DNA of 64,000 nucleotides from Acidobacteriota bacterium (GTDB taxonomy: Bacteria > Acidobacteriota > Aminicenantia > UBA2199), in assembly GCA_039714255.1 (NCBI GenBank), contig JBDLJQ010000009.1:3000-66999 (forward strand), written 5' to 3'. This document shows positions 28,673 through 40,100 of the stretch, in pieces. A model generated the notes under the pieces. That model was not told the DNA's origin. It ran no database searches and saw nothing but the letters and a program-made list of their open reading frames with translations. Each line of letters starts with the position of its first letter. Position 1 is the stretch's first letter. A program made the position numbers and the translations under genes.

Positions 28673-29872
28673 ATGGGAGAAAAAATAACTTATAAGGACG
28701 GTAAACTAAAGATCCCCGATTTTCCCATAATCAATTATATTGAAGGGGATGGAATAGGCGTTGATATCACTCCGGCAATGATCAAGGTTATTGATGCCGC
28801 AGTGGAAAAAGCATATAACGGCAGCAGAAAAATTTCATGGAATGAGATATTTGCAGGTGAAAAGGCATTTGAAAAAACAGGCTCTTACCTGCCGGATGAA
28901 ACTCCGGAGCTTATAAAAGAGTATGGTATTGCGATAAAGGGCCCCCTGACGACACCGGTGGGTGGCGGTTTCAGAAGCCTGAATGTTTCTTTAAGGCAGA
29001 TACTTGACCTTTATGCCTGTGTCAGGCCGGTTAGCTTTATTAAAGGTGTACCTTCACCAATGAAAGAACCTGAAAAGCTGGACATAGTCCTTTTCAGAGA
29101 AAATACCGAAGATGTTTATGCCGGAGTGGAATTTGAACCCGGATCTGACGAGTCAAACAAAATAATAGATATGCTCTCCGGATTCGGTAAAAAAGTGAGG
29201 CCCAATTCAGCTATAGGAATAAAACCTATCTCTGAAGAAGGGACAAAAAGGCTTGTCAGAATGGCAATTCAATATGCCATTGATAATAACAGAAAAACAG
29301 TTACACTTGTCCATAAAGGTAATATAATGAAATTTACCGAAGGATATTTTAAGAACTGGGGATATGAACTTGCAAAAGAAGAATTCCGTGATCTGATAGT
29401 CACCGAAGAAGAGACATGGGAAGGTGTTTCAAGAGAGAATAAAATATTGATAAACGACAGAATTGCAGATTCAATGTTCCAGCAGTTAATACTGAGGCCG
29501 GATGAATATGATGTACTGGCCACTCCCAACCTGAATGGAGATTATCTTTCAGATGCAGCAGCTGCACAGGTTGGCGGACTCGGAATGGCTCCCGGTTCAA
29601 ATATCAGAGAGGATGTTGCTCTGTTTGAAGCCACACACGGAACAGCTCCAAAATATGCCGGAAAAGACAAAGTTAACCCGGGATCACTATTGTTATCCGG
29701 AGTGATGATGCTTGAGTTCATGAAGTGGGAAGAAGCCGCCCGTATGATAAAAGAGGCACTTGAAAAAACAATTTTGCAAAAACAGGTAACCTATGACCTT
29801 GCACGACAACTGGACAATGTCACACCGATAAGTACTTCCGAGTTCGGTGATGCCATTATAAAAAATCTTTAA
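28673..29872 (+). CDS. icd: Isocitrate dehydrogenase (NADP-type, IDH/IMDH superfamily)
   Basis: 399 aa with [17 protein letters not shown] and [11 protein letters not shown] blocks. Confidence 0.8.
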   Translation: MGEKITYKDGKLKIPDFPIINYIEGDGIGVDITPAMIKVIDAAVEKAYNGSRKISWNEIFAGEKAFEKTGSYLPDETPELIKEYGIAIKGPLTTPVGGGFRSLNVSLRQILDLYACVRPVSFIKGVPSPMKEPEKLDIVLFRENTEDVYAGVEFEPGSDESNKIIDMLSGFGKKVRPNSAIGIKPISEEGTKRLVRMAIQYAIDNNRKTVTLVHKGNIMKFTEGYFKNWGYELAKEEFRDLIVTEEETWEGVSRENKILINDRIADSMFQQLILRPDEYDVLATPNLNGDYLSDAAAAQVGGLGMAPGSNIREDVALFEATHGTAPKYAGKDKVNPGSLLLSGVMMLEFMKWEEAARMIKEALEKTILQKQVTYDLARQLDNVTPISTSEFGDAIIKNL

Positions 29873-29886
29873 AAAAAGGGGGATTT

Positions 29887-30972
29887 ATGAAAGAGAGAAT
29901 TTTAGTAAAAACAAAGGAACTTGAAAGCTTTACGATCGAAGTATTGAATAAATACGGACTCAGCATGGAAGATGCTGAAATTACAGCCAAAGTTCTTCTC
30001 TCTGCAGACCAGAGGGGTATAGAATCACATGGTGTAGCAAGACTGAAAAGATATACAGATGGAATAAAATCAGGGATTATAAAGAGCAGCCCGGATATAA
30101 AAACCATAGTGGAGACTCCTGTCTCTCTTGTGGTTGATGGTGACGGTGGAATGGGGCAGCCCATAACTTACAATACCATGGACAGATGTATAAAAAAAGC
30201 AAAAGATAACCTTATGTGTTTTGCTTCGATAAGAAATTCAAATCACTATGGAATTGCAGGATATTATACTCTGATGGCTCTCGAAAATGATATGATAGGG
30301 ATTTCACTGACCAACTCAGCTCCACTTGTTGTCCCCACTTTTGCAAAAGATGCTGTAACAGGAACCAACCCTATTTCAGTAGGTGTCCCCGCAGAAAACG
30401 AGAAACCATTTCTTCTGGATATGGCAACTTCAACTGTTCCTAGAGGTAAACTTGAAGTTTATTCAAGAAAGGAGGACCCGATCCCCAATTCCTGGGCAAC
30501 AGATGAAAAAGGTATCCCCACAGATGATTCCAAAAAGGTTCTTGATAACCTGCTGAACAGAAGAGGAGGAGGTTTACTTCCTCTGGGAGGAGGACTGGAA
30601 CTTACAGGAGGACACAAAGGTTATGGATTAAGTGCAATTGTTGATATATTTTCAGGGATCCTGTCCGGTGGAGCAGTAGGCAAAGATGTTTATAGTAAAA
30701 AAGGTTCACCTCCCGAGGTTGCCCATTTTATTGGAGCAATAAATCCTGAAGCTTTTGTAGGTGGAGAAGATATAAAAAAAGGGATGGATTATTATATTAA
30801 CATGCTCAAGAATTCCACTAAAGCAGAAGGACAGGACAGGATCTATGTAGCCGGTGAGAAAGAGTATGAAAATACAGAGGCGAATAAGGTTCAATTGAGC
30901 CTGCAGAGCAAAGTTTTTATAACCTTAAATGAACTTGGATCCGAATTCGGAATAAAATTGGAAGAGATATAA
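29887..30972 (+). CDS. Ldh_2 family (malate/L-lactate/L-sulfolactate dehydrogenase, PF02615) oxidoreductase
   Basis: 361 aa with NHYGIAGYY, GTNPIS and HKGYGL blocks typical of the Ldh_2 fold. Its position after citrate synthase and IDH suggests a malate-dehydrogenase role. Confidence 0.6.
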   Translation: MKERILVKTKELESFTIEVLNKYGLSMEDAEITAKVLLSADQRGIESHGVARLKRYTDGIKSGIIKSSPDIKTIVETPVSLVVDGDGGMGQPITYNTMDRCIKKAKDNLMCFASIRNSNHYGIAGYYTLMALENDMIGISLTNSAPLVVPTFAKDAVTGTNPISVGVPAENEKPFLLDMATSTVPRGKLEVYSRKEDPIPNSWATDEKGIPTDDSKKVLDNLLNRRGGGLLPLGGGLELTGGHKGYGLSAIVDIFSGILSGGAVGKDVYSKKGSPPEVAHFIGAINPEAFVGGEDIKKGMDYYINMLKNSTKAEGQDRIYVAGEKEYENTEANKVQLSLQSKVFITLNELGSEFGIKLEEI

Positions 30973-30973
30973 G

Positions 30974-31726
30974 ATGGCTAAATGTGAAAATTGTAAGACC
31001 GAAATGAGGCCGGAGTATAAATTCTGCCCCAATTGCGGATGCCCCGGGAAGGATAAGACCAACCCTTTTTATTGGGAAAAAAGCTCTATGCGGCATCGCA
31101 GAAAGGGTAAAACCGAACTTGCCATTGAAGCGAATATAAAATATATTGAAATTGATAATAAAGATCCCTATGCATTCAAGAATCTGGGAGATCTCTATTA
31201 CTATACAGGGAAGATCGGACTTTCAATAGAAAATTATAAAAAATCCATCGAGTTGAAAAATGACTTTGCCGACACATACTATTACCTTGGTATCAGTTAT
31301 TACAGGGCAGGGCAGATCAAACTGGCAGTTGAGAGCCTTGAACAATGCCTGGATTTGAACCCCGAATTTATAATCGCATACTACTGGCTGGGTATTACCT
31401 ATTATCACAGGGGAGACAGGATAAAAGCTATCAATGCCTTTGAGAAACTTCTGGAAAAAAATCCTGAATCTGTAATTGCCAATTATCATCTGGGTGTTAA
31501 TTTCAGCTCTGTCGGAGAATATGATAAAGCTATTCCATATTTTGAGAAGGTTATAGCAGCCAGCCCCGATGATGAAGCTGTATTGTATCATCTCGGGATC
31601 TCCTATTTCAGGACAGGGAAATTTTCAGATGCTGTTACAATGTTCAGAAAATCGGTAAAACTGAATCCGGAAGATAACAGGTCAAAGAAAATGCTTGAAT
31701 TTATGCTGAACGTATCTGAAGTTTAA
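30974..31726 (+). CDS. TPR-repeat protein with an N-terminal zinc-ribbon (CxxC...CxxC)
   Basis: CENCKTEMRPEYKFCPNCGC, followed by about six TPR units (recurring AxxxY/LGxxYYxxG pattern). Confidence 0.6.
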   Translation: MAKCENCKTEMRPEYKFCPNCGCPGKDKTNPFYWEKSSMRHRRKGKTELAIEANIKYIEIDNKDPYAFKNLGDLYYYTGKIGLSIENYKKSIELKNDFADTYYYLGISYYRAGQIKLAVESLEQCLDLNPEFIIAYYWLGITYYHRGDRIKAINAFEKLLEKNPESVIANYHLGVNFSSVGEYDKAIPYFEKVIAASPDDEAVLYHLGISYFRTGKFSDAVTMFRKSVKLNPEDNRSKKMLEFMLNVSEV

Positions 31727-31736
31727 ATTAATTTAA

Positions 31737-32489
31737 ATGGCAAACCTCAGGACAGAAGGACTAACAAAAATATATAATAAAATACCAGTTGTTGACCATA
31801 TTGACCTTAATATCAGCAATGGAGAGATAATAGGACTTCTTGGAAGGAACGGAGCAGGAAAAACCACCACATTCCTGATGCTTGCAGGAATTGTAAAATC
31901 CAATTCAGGTAATGTTTTTTTAGATGATAAGAACATAAAAAATATCCCCTCTTACGAAAGGGCTGAACTGGGACTCATATATCTGCCCCAACAGCATTCT
32001 GTTTTTATGAAAGCTACAGTATATATGAACCTTTATCAGATCCTTGAACTAAAATATGACAAAAAACAGGCGGATGAAAAAGCATTGCAGTTACTTTCAG
32101 ATTTCGGGCTTCTATACATAAAAAACTCTTATGCATACCAGCTTTCCGGAGGGGAGAAGCGCAGGCTCGAAATTGCACGGGCAATAATAATGAAACCGAA
32201 ATTTCTTTTTCTCGATGAACCCTTCACCGGGATAGACCCGATAACGATCCTGGAGATACAGAAGATTGTGCTGAAGTTAAAACAAATGGGGATCGGGATC
32301 ATTATTACAGACCATAACGTTAAAGATACTTTTGATATCACGGATAAAGTCTATATAATCCATAAGGGAAAGATCCTTAACTACGGCATCCCCGCTGAAG
32401 TATCAAAGGAGGAGAAAACAAAAAAACTCTTCCTGGGAGAAGATTTCCAGTGGGAAGAGGCCGGAGTCCAATCTCCTGAGTCAATATAG
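31737..32489 (+). CDS. ABC transporter ATP-binding protein, LptB-like
   Basis: 250 aa. Walker A GRNGAGKTT, signature LSGGEKRRLEIARA, Walker B FLFLDEPF. The LptB assignment rests only on size and family resemblance; no lptA or lptC is adjacent. Confidence 0.55.
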   Translation: MANLRTEGLTKIYNKIPVVDHIDLNISNGEIIGLLGRNGAGKTTTFLMLAGIVKSNSGNVFLDDKNIKNIPSYERAELGLIYLPQQHSVFMKATVYMNLYQILELKYDKKQADEKALQLLSDFGLLYIKNSYAYQLSGGEKRRLEIARAIIMKPKFLFLDEPFTGIDPITILEIQKIVLKLKQMGIGIIITDHNVKDTFDITDKVYIIHKGKILNYGIPAEVSKEEKTKKLFLGEDFQWEEAGVQSPESI

Positions 32490-32510
32490 GGAAATTTTTG
32501 AAAATTCCCT
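32489..32510. terminator. A/T-rich hairpin (GGGAAATTTT tg AAAATTCCC) between the convergent lptB-like and fucP genes
   Basis: Read directly; one-nucleotide bulge. It is a candidate bidirectional terminator. Confidence 0.3.
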
Positions 32511-32540
32511 CGGCCTTCTAAGATCTGTTTCTGTAATTAT

Positions 32541-33821
32541 TTAATTGCTTTTCCTTAGAGAATTACTGCTTAGAAAGGCGCTGTAATAAAGGATCACGGC
32601 AAAACAGATAAGGGGAACAATAAATGCCAGATTAATACTTCCTGTAAGGTCTGATACTTTGCCCTGAGCTGCTGTCAGGACTGCTCCTCCAAGGATAGCC
32701 ATAATAAGGCCCGATCCTCCAACCTTTGTATCATTTCCGAGGCCTTTAACAGCCAGCCCGAAAATAGTAGGGAACATCAACGACATGCATCCGGAGATCC
32801 CCACAAGGGAATATACTCCCACATACCCTTTCCCGGCTATAACCACTACAGTTAATAGTATCGCAATCGATGAAAATATGGCCAGAAGTTTTCCCGGGGA
32901 AACAAATTTCATCAACCATGTACTGAAAAATCTGGATAAAGCAAATAAAACCAGAGCAGCAAGATAATATGATGCGGACTGTTCTTCGTTTAAATTCAGC
33001 TCTTTCATCACATAGCGGATAGTAAAAGACCATACCCCGATCTGGGCACCTACATAAAAAAACTGGGCAATTACTCCCCACCTGTAATTTTTATTACTGA
33101 ACAATCGCCTGAATGTTGCCCAGAGCCCGACTGAACTGTCTGTCTCTCCTGCTTTTGGCATTTTAATTCCGGCAATAAAAATCCATAATATTATAAGTAT
33201 TATAGCCACTCCCACATAGGGCCCCATTACAGCAGACAGTTCTTCGCCCTGAATTTTATTTAACTGAGAGGAATTCATGATCTCCCGCTCATGGGCATTT
33301 GCATGATTAAGGCCTGAAAGAATAAAATATTTGCTGAGTATCACACCGAGGATAGACCCCAGAGGGTTAAAAGATTGTGCCAGGTTTAGCCTTCGTGTTG
33401 CATTTTCTTCCGGCCCCATCCCGATAATATAGGGATTCGCACTGGTCTCTAATATTGATAATCCTCCTGCCAGAATATATAAAGCAGCAAGAAAATGGAA
33501 ATAATTCATCGTAATGCTGGCCGGATAAAACAGGAGTGACCCTAAAATAAAGAGCCCCAGCCCCAGCAAAACACCCGCTTTATAAGAATACTTCTTAATA
33601 AAAATGGCTGCAGGCAGAGCAAGACAGAAATATGAACCGTAAAAGGCAATCTGTATCCATGATGTCTGAAAATCAGACATGCTCATTATCTTTTTAAAAG
33701 CTGCCAGCAGTGTATCGGTCATATTATTTGCCAGCCCCCACCAGGCAAAACAACTTGTGATCAAAATAAATGGCCATAAAATTTTTCGGGGAACAATACC
33801 TGTTTTTTTGATTTCATTCAT
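32541..33821 (-). CDS. fucP: MFS transporter, L-fucose:H+ symporter (FucP) family
   Basis: 426 aa with 12 predicted transmembrane helices and FucP-like N-terminal blocks. It is the last gene of the long minus-strand cluster. Confidence 0.65.
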   Translation of the reverse strand: MNEIKKTGIVPRKILWPFILITSCFAWWGLANNMTDTLLAAFKKIMSMSDFQTSWIQIAFYGSYFCLALPAAIFIKKYSYKAGVLLGLGLFILGSLLFYPASITMNYFHFLAALYILAGGLSILETSANPYIIGMGPEENATRRLNLAQSFNPLGSILGVILSKYFILSGLNHANAHEREIMNSSQLNKIQGEELSAVMGPYVGVAIILIILWIFIAGIKMPKAGETDSSVGLWATFRRLFSNKNYRWGVIAQFFYVGAQIGVWSFTIRYVMKELNLNEEQSASYYLAALVLFALSRFFSTWLMKFVSPGKLLAIFSSIAILLTVVVIAGKGYVGVYSLVGISGCMSLMFPTIFGLAVKGLGNDTKVGGSGLIMAILGGAVLTAAQGKVSDLTGSINLAFIVPLICFAVILYYSAFLSSNSLRKSN

Positions 33822-33859
33822 AATTTTATCCTCTCTGTTTTTCCACTCCGGGTGATCAA

Positions 33860-34288
33860 TTATTTAACAACTCCCTTTTTAACTATTATATTTGCATACC
33901 GGGCCTGCTCTCCGGTTGCCACTACCGCATAGGCCTCTTTGGCCTTTTCATAAAAGTCAAACCTCTCGATATATTCAAAACCCCTGAAGGGTTCTCCACT
34001 ATTTCTGATTATACGCTCAAAGTCACTCCAAATTGCCGGTTCCTCTTCATCTCCCTCTACAGTTTTCATTAGTGCAACAGGAGACTTCACATAAGTATCA
34101 AGGGGGAACAGTTTCAATATTGCCTCCAGAAGAGGGGGGACTCCGTGCCCGTCCAATCTGACCAGTCTCTTTGCAATTGATGCAGAAGGAAAATTACCGT
34201 CAGCAATAACCAGTTCATCACCATGCCCCATCTCCATCAGAATTTTCAACAGATCCGGTGACAAAATATTCGGGATACTTTTAAGCAT
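33860..34288 (-). CDS. fucU: L-fucose mutarotase (RbsD/FucU family)
   Basis: 142 aa. MLKSIPNILSPDLLKILMEMGHGDELVIADGNFP matches the FucU N-terminus, including the catalytic His. Confidence 0.8.
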   Translation of the reverse strand: MLKSIPNILSPDLLKILMEMGHGDELVIADGNFPSASIAKRLVRLDGHGVPPLLEAILKLFPLDTYVKSPVALMKTVEGDEEEPAIWSDFERIIRNSGEPFRGFEYIERFDFYEKAKEAYAVVATGEQARYANIIVKKGVVK

Positions 34289-34324
34289 TTTTTCACTCCT
34301 TCAATTTTATTTTTCCTTTGTTTA

Positions 34325-35500
34325 TCATAAACTCATTTCCTTCCTTCTTATCTTAATGCGCATAGCATTTTCAACAGGCTTTTCAGAGATCAATATTAAA
34401 TAACCCCCGCCTCCCGCACCTGCAAGCTTCCAGGCACTTGCCTTACCCCTGTATTTTTCCATGGCTTCCTCCACCTCCGGGTTCAGCATGGCGGGAAACA
34501 TCCGTGTCTGTGCGAGGAAAGAATCAAGAAAAGCTTTTGAGAAACGATCAAAGTTTTTATCCATTATAGCCTGCCAGCAATTTTCAGCTGCATCAGCCAG
34601 AAGCTTCACATTCTTTTGATTAATATAGGTCTCTTTTAACAGGTCAAGGCCTTTCGGCCTTGGCCAGAGCAAGATCATATAAATATGTTTCTCAAGCCAA
34701 TTTAGAACACTATCGTCGTGGATAGATTCAAACTTATGGGGCCAATACTCTTTATCATAATAATGCCTGTTAAGGCCGGGCATGGCAATCCCGATGGCAT
34801 CCTGTGCTCCGGAGATGATGGTGGAACCGGGTTCATTTTCAAATTTGAATAAAATTTCAGCAATCTCCTCCGGTTTTTTTAAGGGAAGATTTTGAGGCCA
34901 GATTTTTTTAGCTGCATTTCTGGTTGAAGTAGCCATTCCGCAACGCTCATTATACTCAATGATGGGTTCAAGCGACAGAGTAATTGCCCAGCCCGGAAAA
35001 TGTTTGGAGACATAGGGCTGATCGATCCAGGTTCCGGCCAGATCGATCCGGTATGGCAGATTACAAATTTCAGAATCACGAATATCTGATGTTGAACGGG
35101 CCGGCAGATCACTATCAGGGATCCGCTCCAGGACTGTCAATTCAATATCCAGTTCATCGCATAAACTTTGTTTGGCCGGTGAATATCCATCTTCATTAAC
35201 TACAAAATAATCAGGTTTCAGCTTTTTTAATTCCGTATAAAAATCCATGATCCCGTTTCCTGAATTTATAAATGCATCTTTAACATACCGGACCGCAGTA
35301 ACCATGTAAAGCCGCTCCTGCTCACTATTGACCGTTTGTCTTCCTTTTAGATCTGCTATTGTATTGTCAGATCCCAAACCGACATAAACATCTCCATATT
35401 TTGCAGCCTCTTTGAAAAAGGCAACATGGCCTGAGTGAAGCATGTCAAAGCAGCCGGATACAAAAACCTTCTTGTTCTTTTCCGGATTTTCCATATTCAT
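34325..35500 (-). CDS. Fusion protein: N-terminal cytidylyltransferase-like nucleotidyltransferase (HxGH) and C-terminal GHMP-kinase-like domain
   Basis: Residues 10-140 are VFVSGCFDMLHSGHVAFFKEA...YVVNEDG, a TagD/RfaE-domain-II-like fold with the (T/H)xGH motif. The C-terminus carries KLAGAGGGGYLILIS (GHMP motif 3) and a degenerate motif 2 (EPGSTIISGAQ). 391 aa. Confidence 0.5.
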   Translation of the reverse strand: MNMENPEKNKKVFVSGCFDMLHSGHVAFFKEAAKYGDVYVGLGSDNTIADLKGRQTVNSEQERLYMVTAVRYVKDAFINSGNGIMDFYTELKKLKPDYFVVNEDGYSPAKQSLCDELDIELTVLERIPDSDLPARSTSDIRDSEICNLPYRIDLAGTWIDQPYVSKHFPGWAITLSLEPIIEYNERCGMATSTRNAAKKIWPQNLPLKKPEEIAEILFKFENEPGSTIISGAQDAIGIAMPGLNRHYYDKEYWPHKFESIHDDSVLNWLEKHIYMILLWPRPKGLDLLKETYINQKNVKLLADAAENCWQAIMDKNFDRFSKAFLDSFLAQTRMFPAMLNPEVEEAMEKYRGKASAWKLAGAGGGGYLILISEKPVENAMRIKIRRKEMSL

Positions 35501-35615
35501 AATATCCTCTTATACATTATTTCATAATTCATTTTCAAATTTATTCTTCAATTTTATTAAAACACAATTCAGCAGAATACCAGGAAAAGTAACGCTAACA
35601 GCAATAATATCAGTT

Positions 35616-37097
35616 TCATTTTATCCGGGAAGCTTTAATTGTCCATACAAAATCACAAGGCGGGTTATTTCTTAATTTTTCCGGAATAAATACTTTGAAT
35701 CCTTTCTCTTTCAATTTCCATTTAAGAACTTTATTGTAACCCAGAAGTGTAACGATACTTCCATTTTCCGGCTGATGTGATTTTACATAAATTTCAGGGG
35801 GTATGGTTTTTTCACCTTTTTTACACATATAAAAAAAATACGCATTGCCATTGTCCTGCCTGGTCATACAAATATTATCTTCTTTAAATGGTTCCAGTAC
35901 CCTGCTGTTATAGATACCTTCACTGTTTATTTTCATCCATTTTGCATATTCCTCCAACAGATCATAGGCTCCTTTCTGCCATTCTCCTTCCGGTGTAGGA
36001 GCAATATTCAGCAACAGATTCCCACCCTTGGAAACAATATCCACCAGCAATTGAATACCTTCTCTTCCGGTTTTATATTTTGCGTTTCTGGTATGTGACC
36101 ACCCTCCTCCTGAGATAATACAGGATTCCCAGGGATAGGGGAGTGCCTTTTTGGGAACACGGTTTTCAGGAGTGAGATAGTTCTGGTTTTTACCGTGGAC
36201 AGCGCGGTCAACAACGATCAAATCCGCCTGCTTCTCTCTCGCTTTTTTTACAAGTTCATCCATTTTGATATCCTGATTGACCATCCTGTGTTTCAGGTAT
36301 CCATTCTCAGTCCTTTTCAATTTACGCATGGTCCAGTCTGAAATTTCACTTTTTTCAGCTTTGGCCACCCATCCGCCGTCCAGCCATAAAATATCGATCT
36401 TACCATAATCAGTTAACAATTCTAATATCTGATTGTGGGTAAATTCGACAAATTTATTCCATTTTTCAGGATTTGCTTCCGGTTCATAATTTACATTTCT
36501 GTCACGCGGCGGATATTTCGGGTCCCAATAGTAGGGCGAATTCCAGTCCGGCTTGGAAAAATAGGCTCCCGTCCACATACCTTTATTCCTGAAAGCATCA
36601 AAAATTTCTCTGGTTATATTGCTTCGGGGATCTGCAGAGAAGGGACAATCTGGTGAAGTTACCTTATAATCGGTATATCCGGAATCAAACATACAGAATC
36701 CGTCATGGTGTTTGGTGGTAAATATAACATATTTCATTCCTGCATCCTTAGCAGCAGCTGCCCATTTATCAGGATCAAACTTTGCAGGATCAAAAGTGTT
36801 TTTTAAGGCTTCATATTCTTTTTTGTAGGCAAAATAATTTCCGGGATCGGAGCCGGCTTTCCGTCCACACCAGCCATATTCCTCCGGGCTTAATGACCAC
36901 GATTCCACGATTCCCCACTGGCTGTAGGATCCCCAGTGCATCAGCAATCCGAATTTGATATCCTGCCATTGTTTTATTTTCTGAATAACGGCAGGGTTTG
37001 TTTCCGGGATATACCGTTCCTCTCTGCTGTCCGCCATTGAAAAACCAAAAACCATAAACACAGCCAATAGAAATAACACTACAATTTTTTGTTTCAT
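35616..37097 (-). CDS. α-L-fucosidase, GH29
   Basis: Signal peptide. HHDGFCMFDS. Nucleophile region DILWLDGGW. 493 aa. Confidence 0.8.
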   Translation of the reverse strand: MKQKIVVLFLLAVFMVFGFSMADSREERYIPETNPAVIQKIKQWQDIKFGLLMHWGSYSQWGIVESWSLSPEEYGWCGRKAGSDPGNYFAYKKEYEALKNTFDPAKFDPDKWAAAAKDAGMKYVIFTTKHHDGFCMFDSGYTDYKVTSPDCPFSADPRSNITREIFDAFRNKGMWTGAYFSKPDWNSPYYWDPKYPPRDRNVNYEPEANPEKWNKFVEFTHNQILELLTDYGKIDILWLDGGWVAKAEKSEISDWTMRKLKRTENGYLKHRMVNQDIKMDELVKKAREKQADLIVVDRAVHGKNQNYLTPENRVPKKALPYPWESCIISGGGWSHTRNAKYKTGREGIQLLVDIVSKGGNLLLNIAPTPEGEWQKGAYDLLEEYAKWMKINSEGIYNSRVLEPFKEDNICMTRQDNGNAYFFYMCKKGEKTIPPEIYVKSHQPENGSIVTLLGYNKVLKWKLKEKGFKVFIPEKLRNNPPCDFVWTIKASRIK

Positions 37098-37128
37098 TTT
37101 TAATCTCCGAAGCTTAAAATGAGTTTAA

Positions 37129-40100
37129 TTATTTATTGTTAAAATTCAATTTTATAAACTTTGTCTCATAATGTTCAATTTGTAAAGGAGATGTCAGCAG
37201 CGACAATTCTTCTTCCAGCACATTAACCTCCTGCGCTGAAACGGCTCCGGTTTCTTCAAGAAGCCTATTGATATCCAAAGCGGCATGGCCCCCCTCCACC
37301 TCTCTGAGATGGAGAATAATCCCCTTTTTGTCAATTGAGGGAGTAGTATTCACCAGAAGCAAATTGGGAACATCTATATTTATCAGAGAACGGGAAACAA
37401 GACCGGTATTTTTTGTTCCTTTTGCAGGCAGAATAATTCTTGATTTAAACGGAACTCTGTTTCCCCACCCGAATTTTGTTGCAAACATATCAGAATTATC
37501 TGAGGAAGAAGTAATACTGTAGGCCCACCTCAATTCACCTTCCTGGCTTGCCTTAAAGTTGGTTACCCAGTAATTATTTAAAACCCACGAATAGATATGG
37601 TTGGTTTTCGGTTTTAATTTATAATAATATCTTCCGGTATTTATATCCCCGAATTGAACTAACGGAATTTCATTACTTACAAAAACAATTTGTGATTTGT
37701 CATTTTTTACTGCTGCAAAGTTTTGTATCGTATTCCAGTCCGACGCACTCCCTTCCAGCTGGTTGATCCCCGGATACACAACTCCTCCCTGAGCCTCAAA
37801 TGCCAGTTTCCCTCCGCTCAGGTTAAACGGAAAGGCTATATAAACCCCTTCCGGGGTCGATACGTTAAGTTTGATCATTTGATACAAAAGCTCGATCTTT
37901 TTCTGATAGTGATACAACCTGATCTCAATATTAACTCCTCTTTCGTCCGCACACTCTGGTAAAGCACCATTTAAAAAGATACTGTTGTATATGGCGCCAT
38001 TCTTTTTTTTTGTTACTTTAATATTATTTAGAACTTTCCTTGTAAGACTGAGAGGTTTATATACAATATCTCTGGTTGAACTTGTCAGCCGTTCCATTTC
38101 ATGGCGGTTTTCGAGTTCCTCATAAATAACCTGCCCCAGTGTCAGGGTATTTTCAGGGTCAGTAAGTTCTTTTTTAAGTTCTTTATCGAAAATCCCGGTA
38201 ACTACACCCTTTTTTCCATCAATTATCAATTTATAAAATCTGTTTTCCAGAAACCGGTTGTCTCCCTGCGGATTTGTCCCGGATTTCTTTCCTGCATTCA
38301 CCTGAAGTGTTTTGTATCCCATTGGAGGAACATCTTCTACCCACAATCCGAAATAAGCTCCTTCCATCCTTTGTTCATACCTCTGATATGGGACTTCTCT
38401 ACCTTCGGCATCGGTAATTGTAAAGTCCTCTCCTTCCCTTACAATATCGTTCTTGATAAACAATCTGAGCATTCCTGACCGTTTCCAGTTCAATGTATTA
38501 AAAACAGCAAAAACCGGCAAACCTGATCTCCCTAAAGCCGGTTCAATTAATGATAAAGCTTTTTCCTCCAATGCAGAAGATTTTTTTGCTGCTTCCCAGG
38601 CATATGATGATTTCATTCCCCATTGGTTAATGGTATTTTGAGCCAGGGGATCCCTTACGCTTTCAGCAGCACCGAATGTATGTTCATCATAAAACAAAAG
38701 GTTATCATAAACCTTTTCAATTTCATTTTGAATATTATCAGGTAATTTTACCCCCAATATCTTCCCCATGGACAAGATCGCCGTAATTGCTGCAATATCC
38801 ACATGAGCTTTTCTGACTATTTTTGTCTCATTTGCAGCTGACCCTGCACCATCGGTCCACCAATCGGGCCAGGCAACTTTTTGCTTTGGTATTTCATCTC
38901 CATGCTTCTGGTCCAGAAATATCATGAAGTCTTTTGCAAGGGCACTTTTTAATTTCGGCCACTCATACTTTTTATTCCACTCTTTAATAATATCGCATAC
39001 TTCAGTTGAAGGCGGTGAATTGTCTGTCACATATCCTGAAAACTGCAGAGATACTTTGTTATAGGGATAACCTTTCTCTTCCAGGCCGTCCAGATAAACA
39101 GATAAATTGTTCCTTAAAACATCCTGTTGTCCTGAAGTAACGCCCAATGCATTGCCATGCTGATAATGTTCACTTCTGTATGCCAGCAGGCGGTTACCGG
39201 CAGGTGATAACCACCAGAAAGCGGTGGGTTTGTTAAATGGCTTGCGTGCCCGGTGAGCATGTATCCCCATGGTAAGGTACTTTACGTCCGTATTGTTGTA
39301 ATAATCCACCATACACCAGGCGATACCGTTCACATCATTTTGCATTGCCAAAGTAACATCAATTCCTCTGTTTTTTAACATTCGCAATGTTCTGGTTTGA
39401 GCCGCCAACGCAGATTCATCAATGATCTCGGAAAAGTTAAGGAACATTCCGGTAACTTCTATACGGCCCTCTTTTATACGTTTTAACAAACGGTCTATCT
39501 GCTTTTGAGGCCGGCTTTTCAAGTACTCTCTTACCGACCAGGCTGTTTCGCATGTCCAGCGAAATTTTGCATCATCCGGATAATCATCGGTTTGATCGCA
39601 AAAATCGAGGGCATGGTCAATATACCTGAGGTGTTCCGGTAATATTTCCGTTTGAGGACGCGTATAGCCAATATCGGTGTGAGTATGCTGAACCAGAAAT
39701 ATTTCCCATTCCCTTATCGGGGCAAGAGAAAAAACTTTTTTCACGGGTTTTTTACCCTCTATTTCTATTTTTGATGTAAATGAAACTTCCTTATCCACTT
39801 TGGGTAAACAAATTTCCAGCTTATTGAACCCGGCTTTCAAAAGAGTATTTCTTTTGATCTTTCCAATTGTTATATCTGCTCTTGCATTATCTCCGACATG
39901 AACAAAATCCACACTTACGGAATGAAATAATTTTCCCCCTTTTTTCACCACCACCTTGTTTTGATAGATATCTGTTTTTTCCTCAATTCCGGTTTTAAAT
40001 GTCATGAACCATGCATCATTTCCGGAAGTTTTTGTAGATAATTTAAGCAGAGCGGGCTCACCTTGTTTTATTGCATTAACAGGGAGTTTCAAAATAGCAA

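Noticed and set aside
31737-32489. Confident naming of the ABC ATPase as LptB
   Set aside because: The size and signature resemble LptB, but no lptA, lptC, lptF or lptG is adjacent and generic ABC ATPases share these motifs. The gene symbol is therefore left blank.
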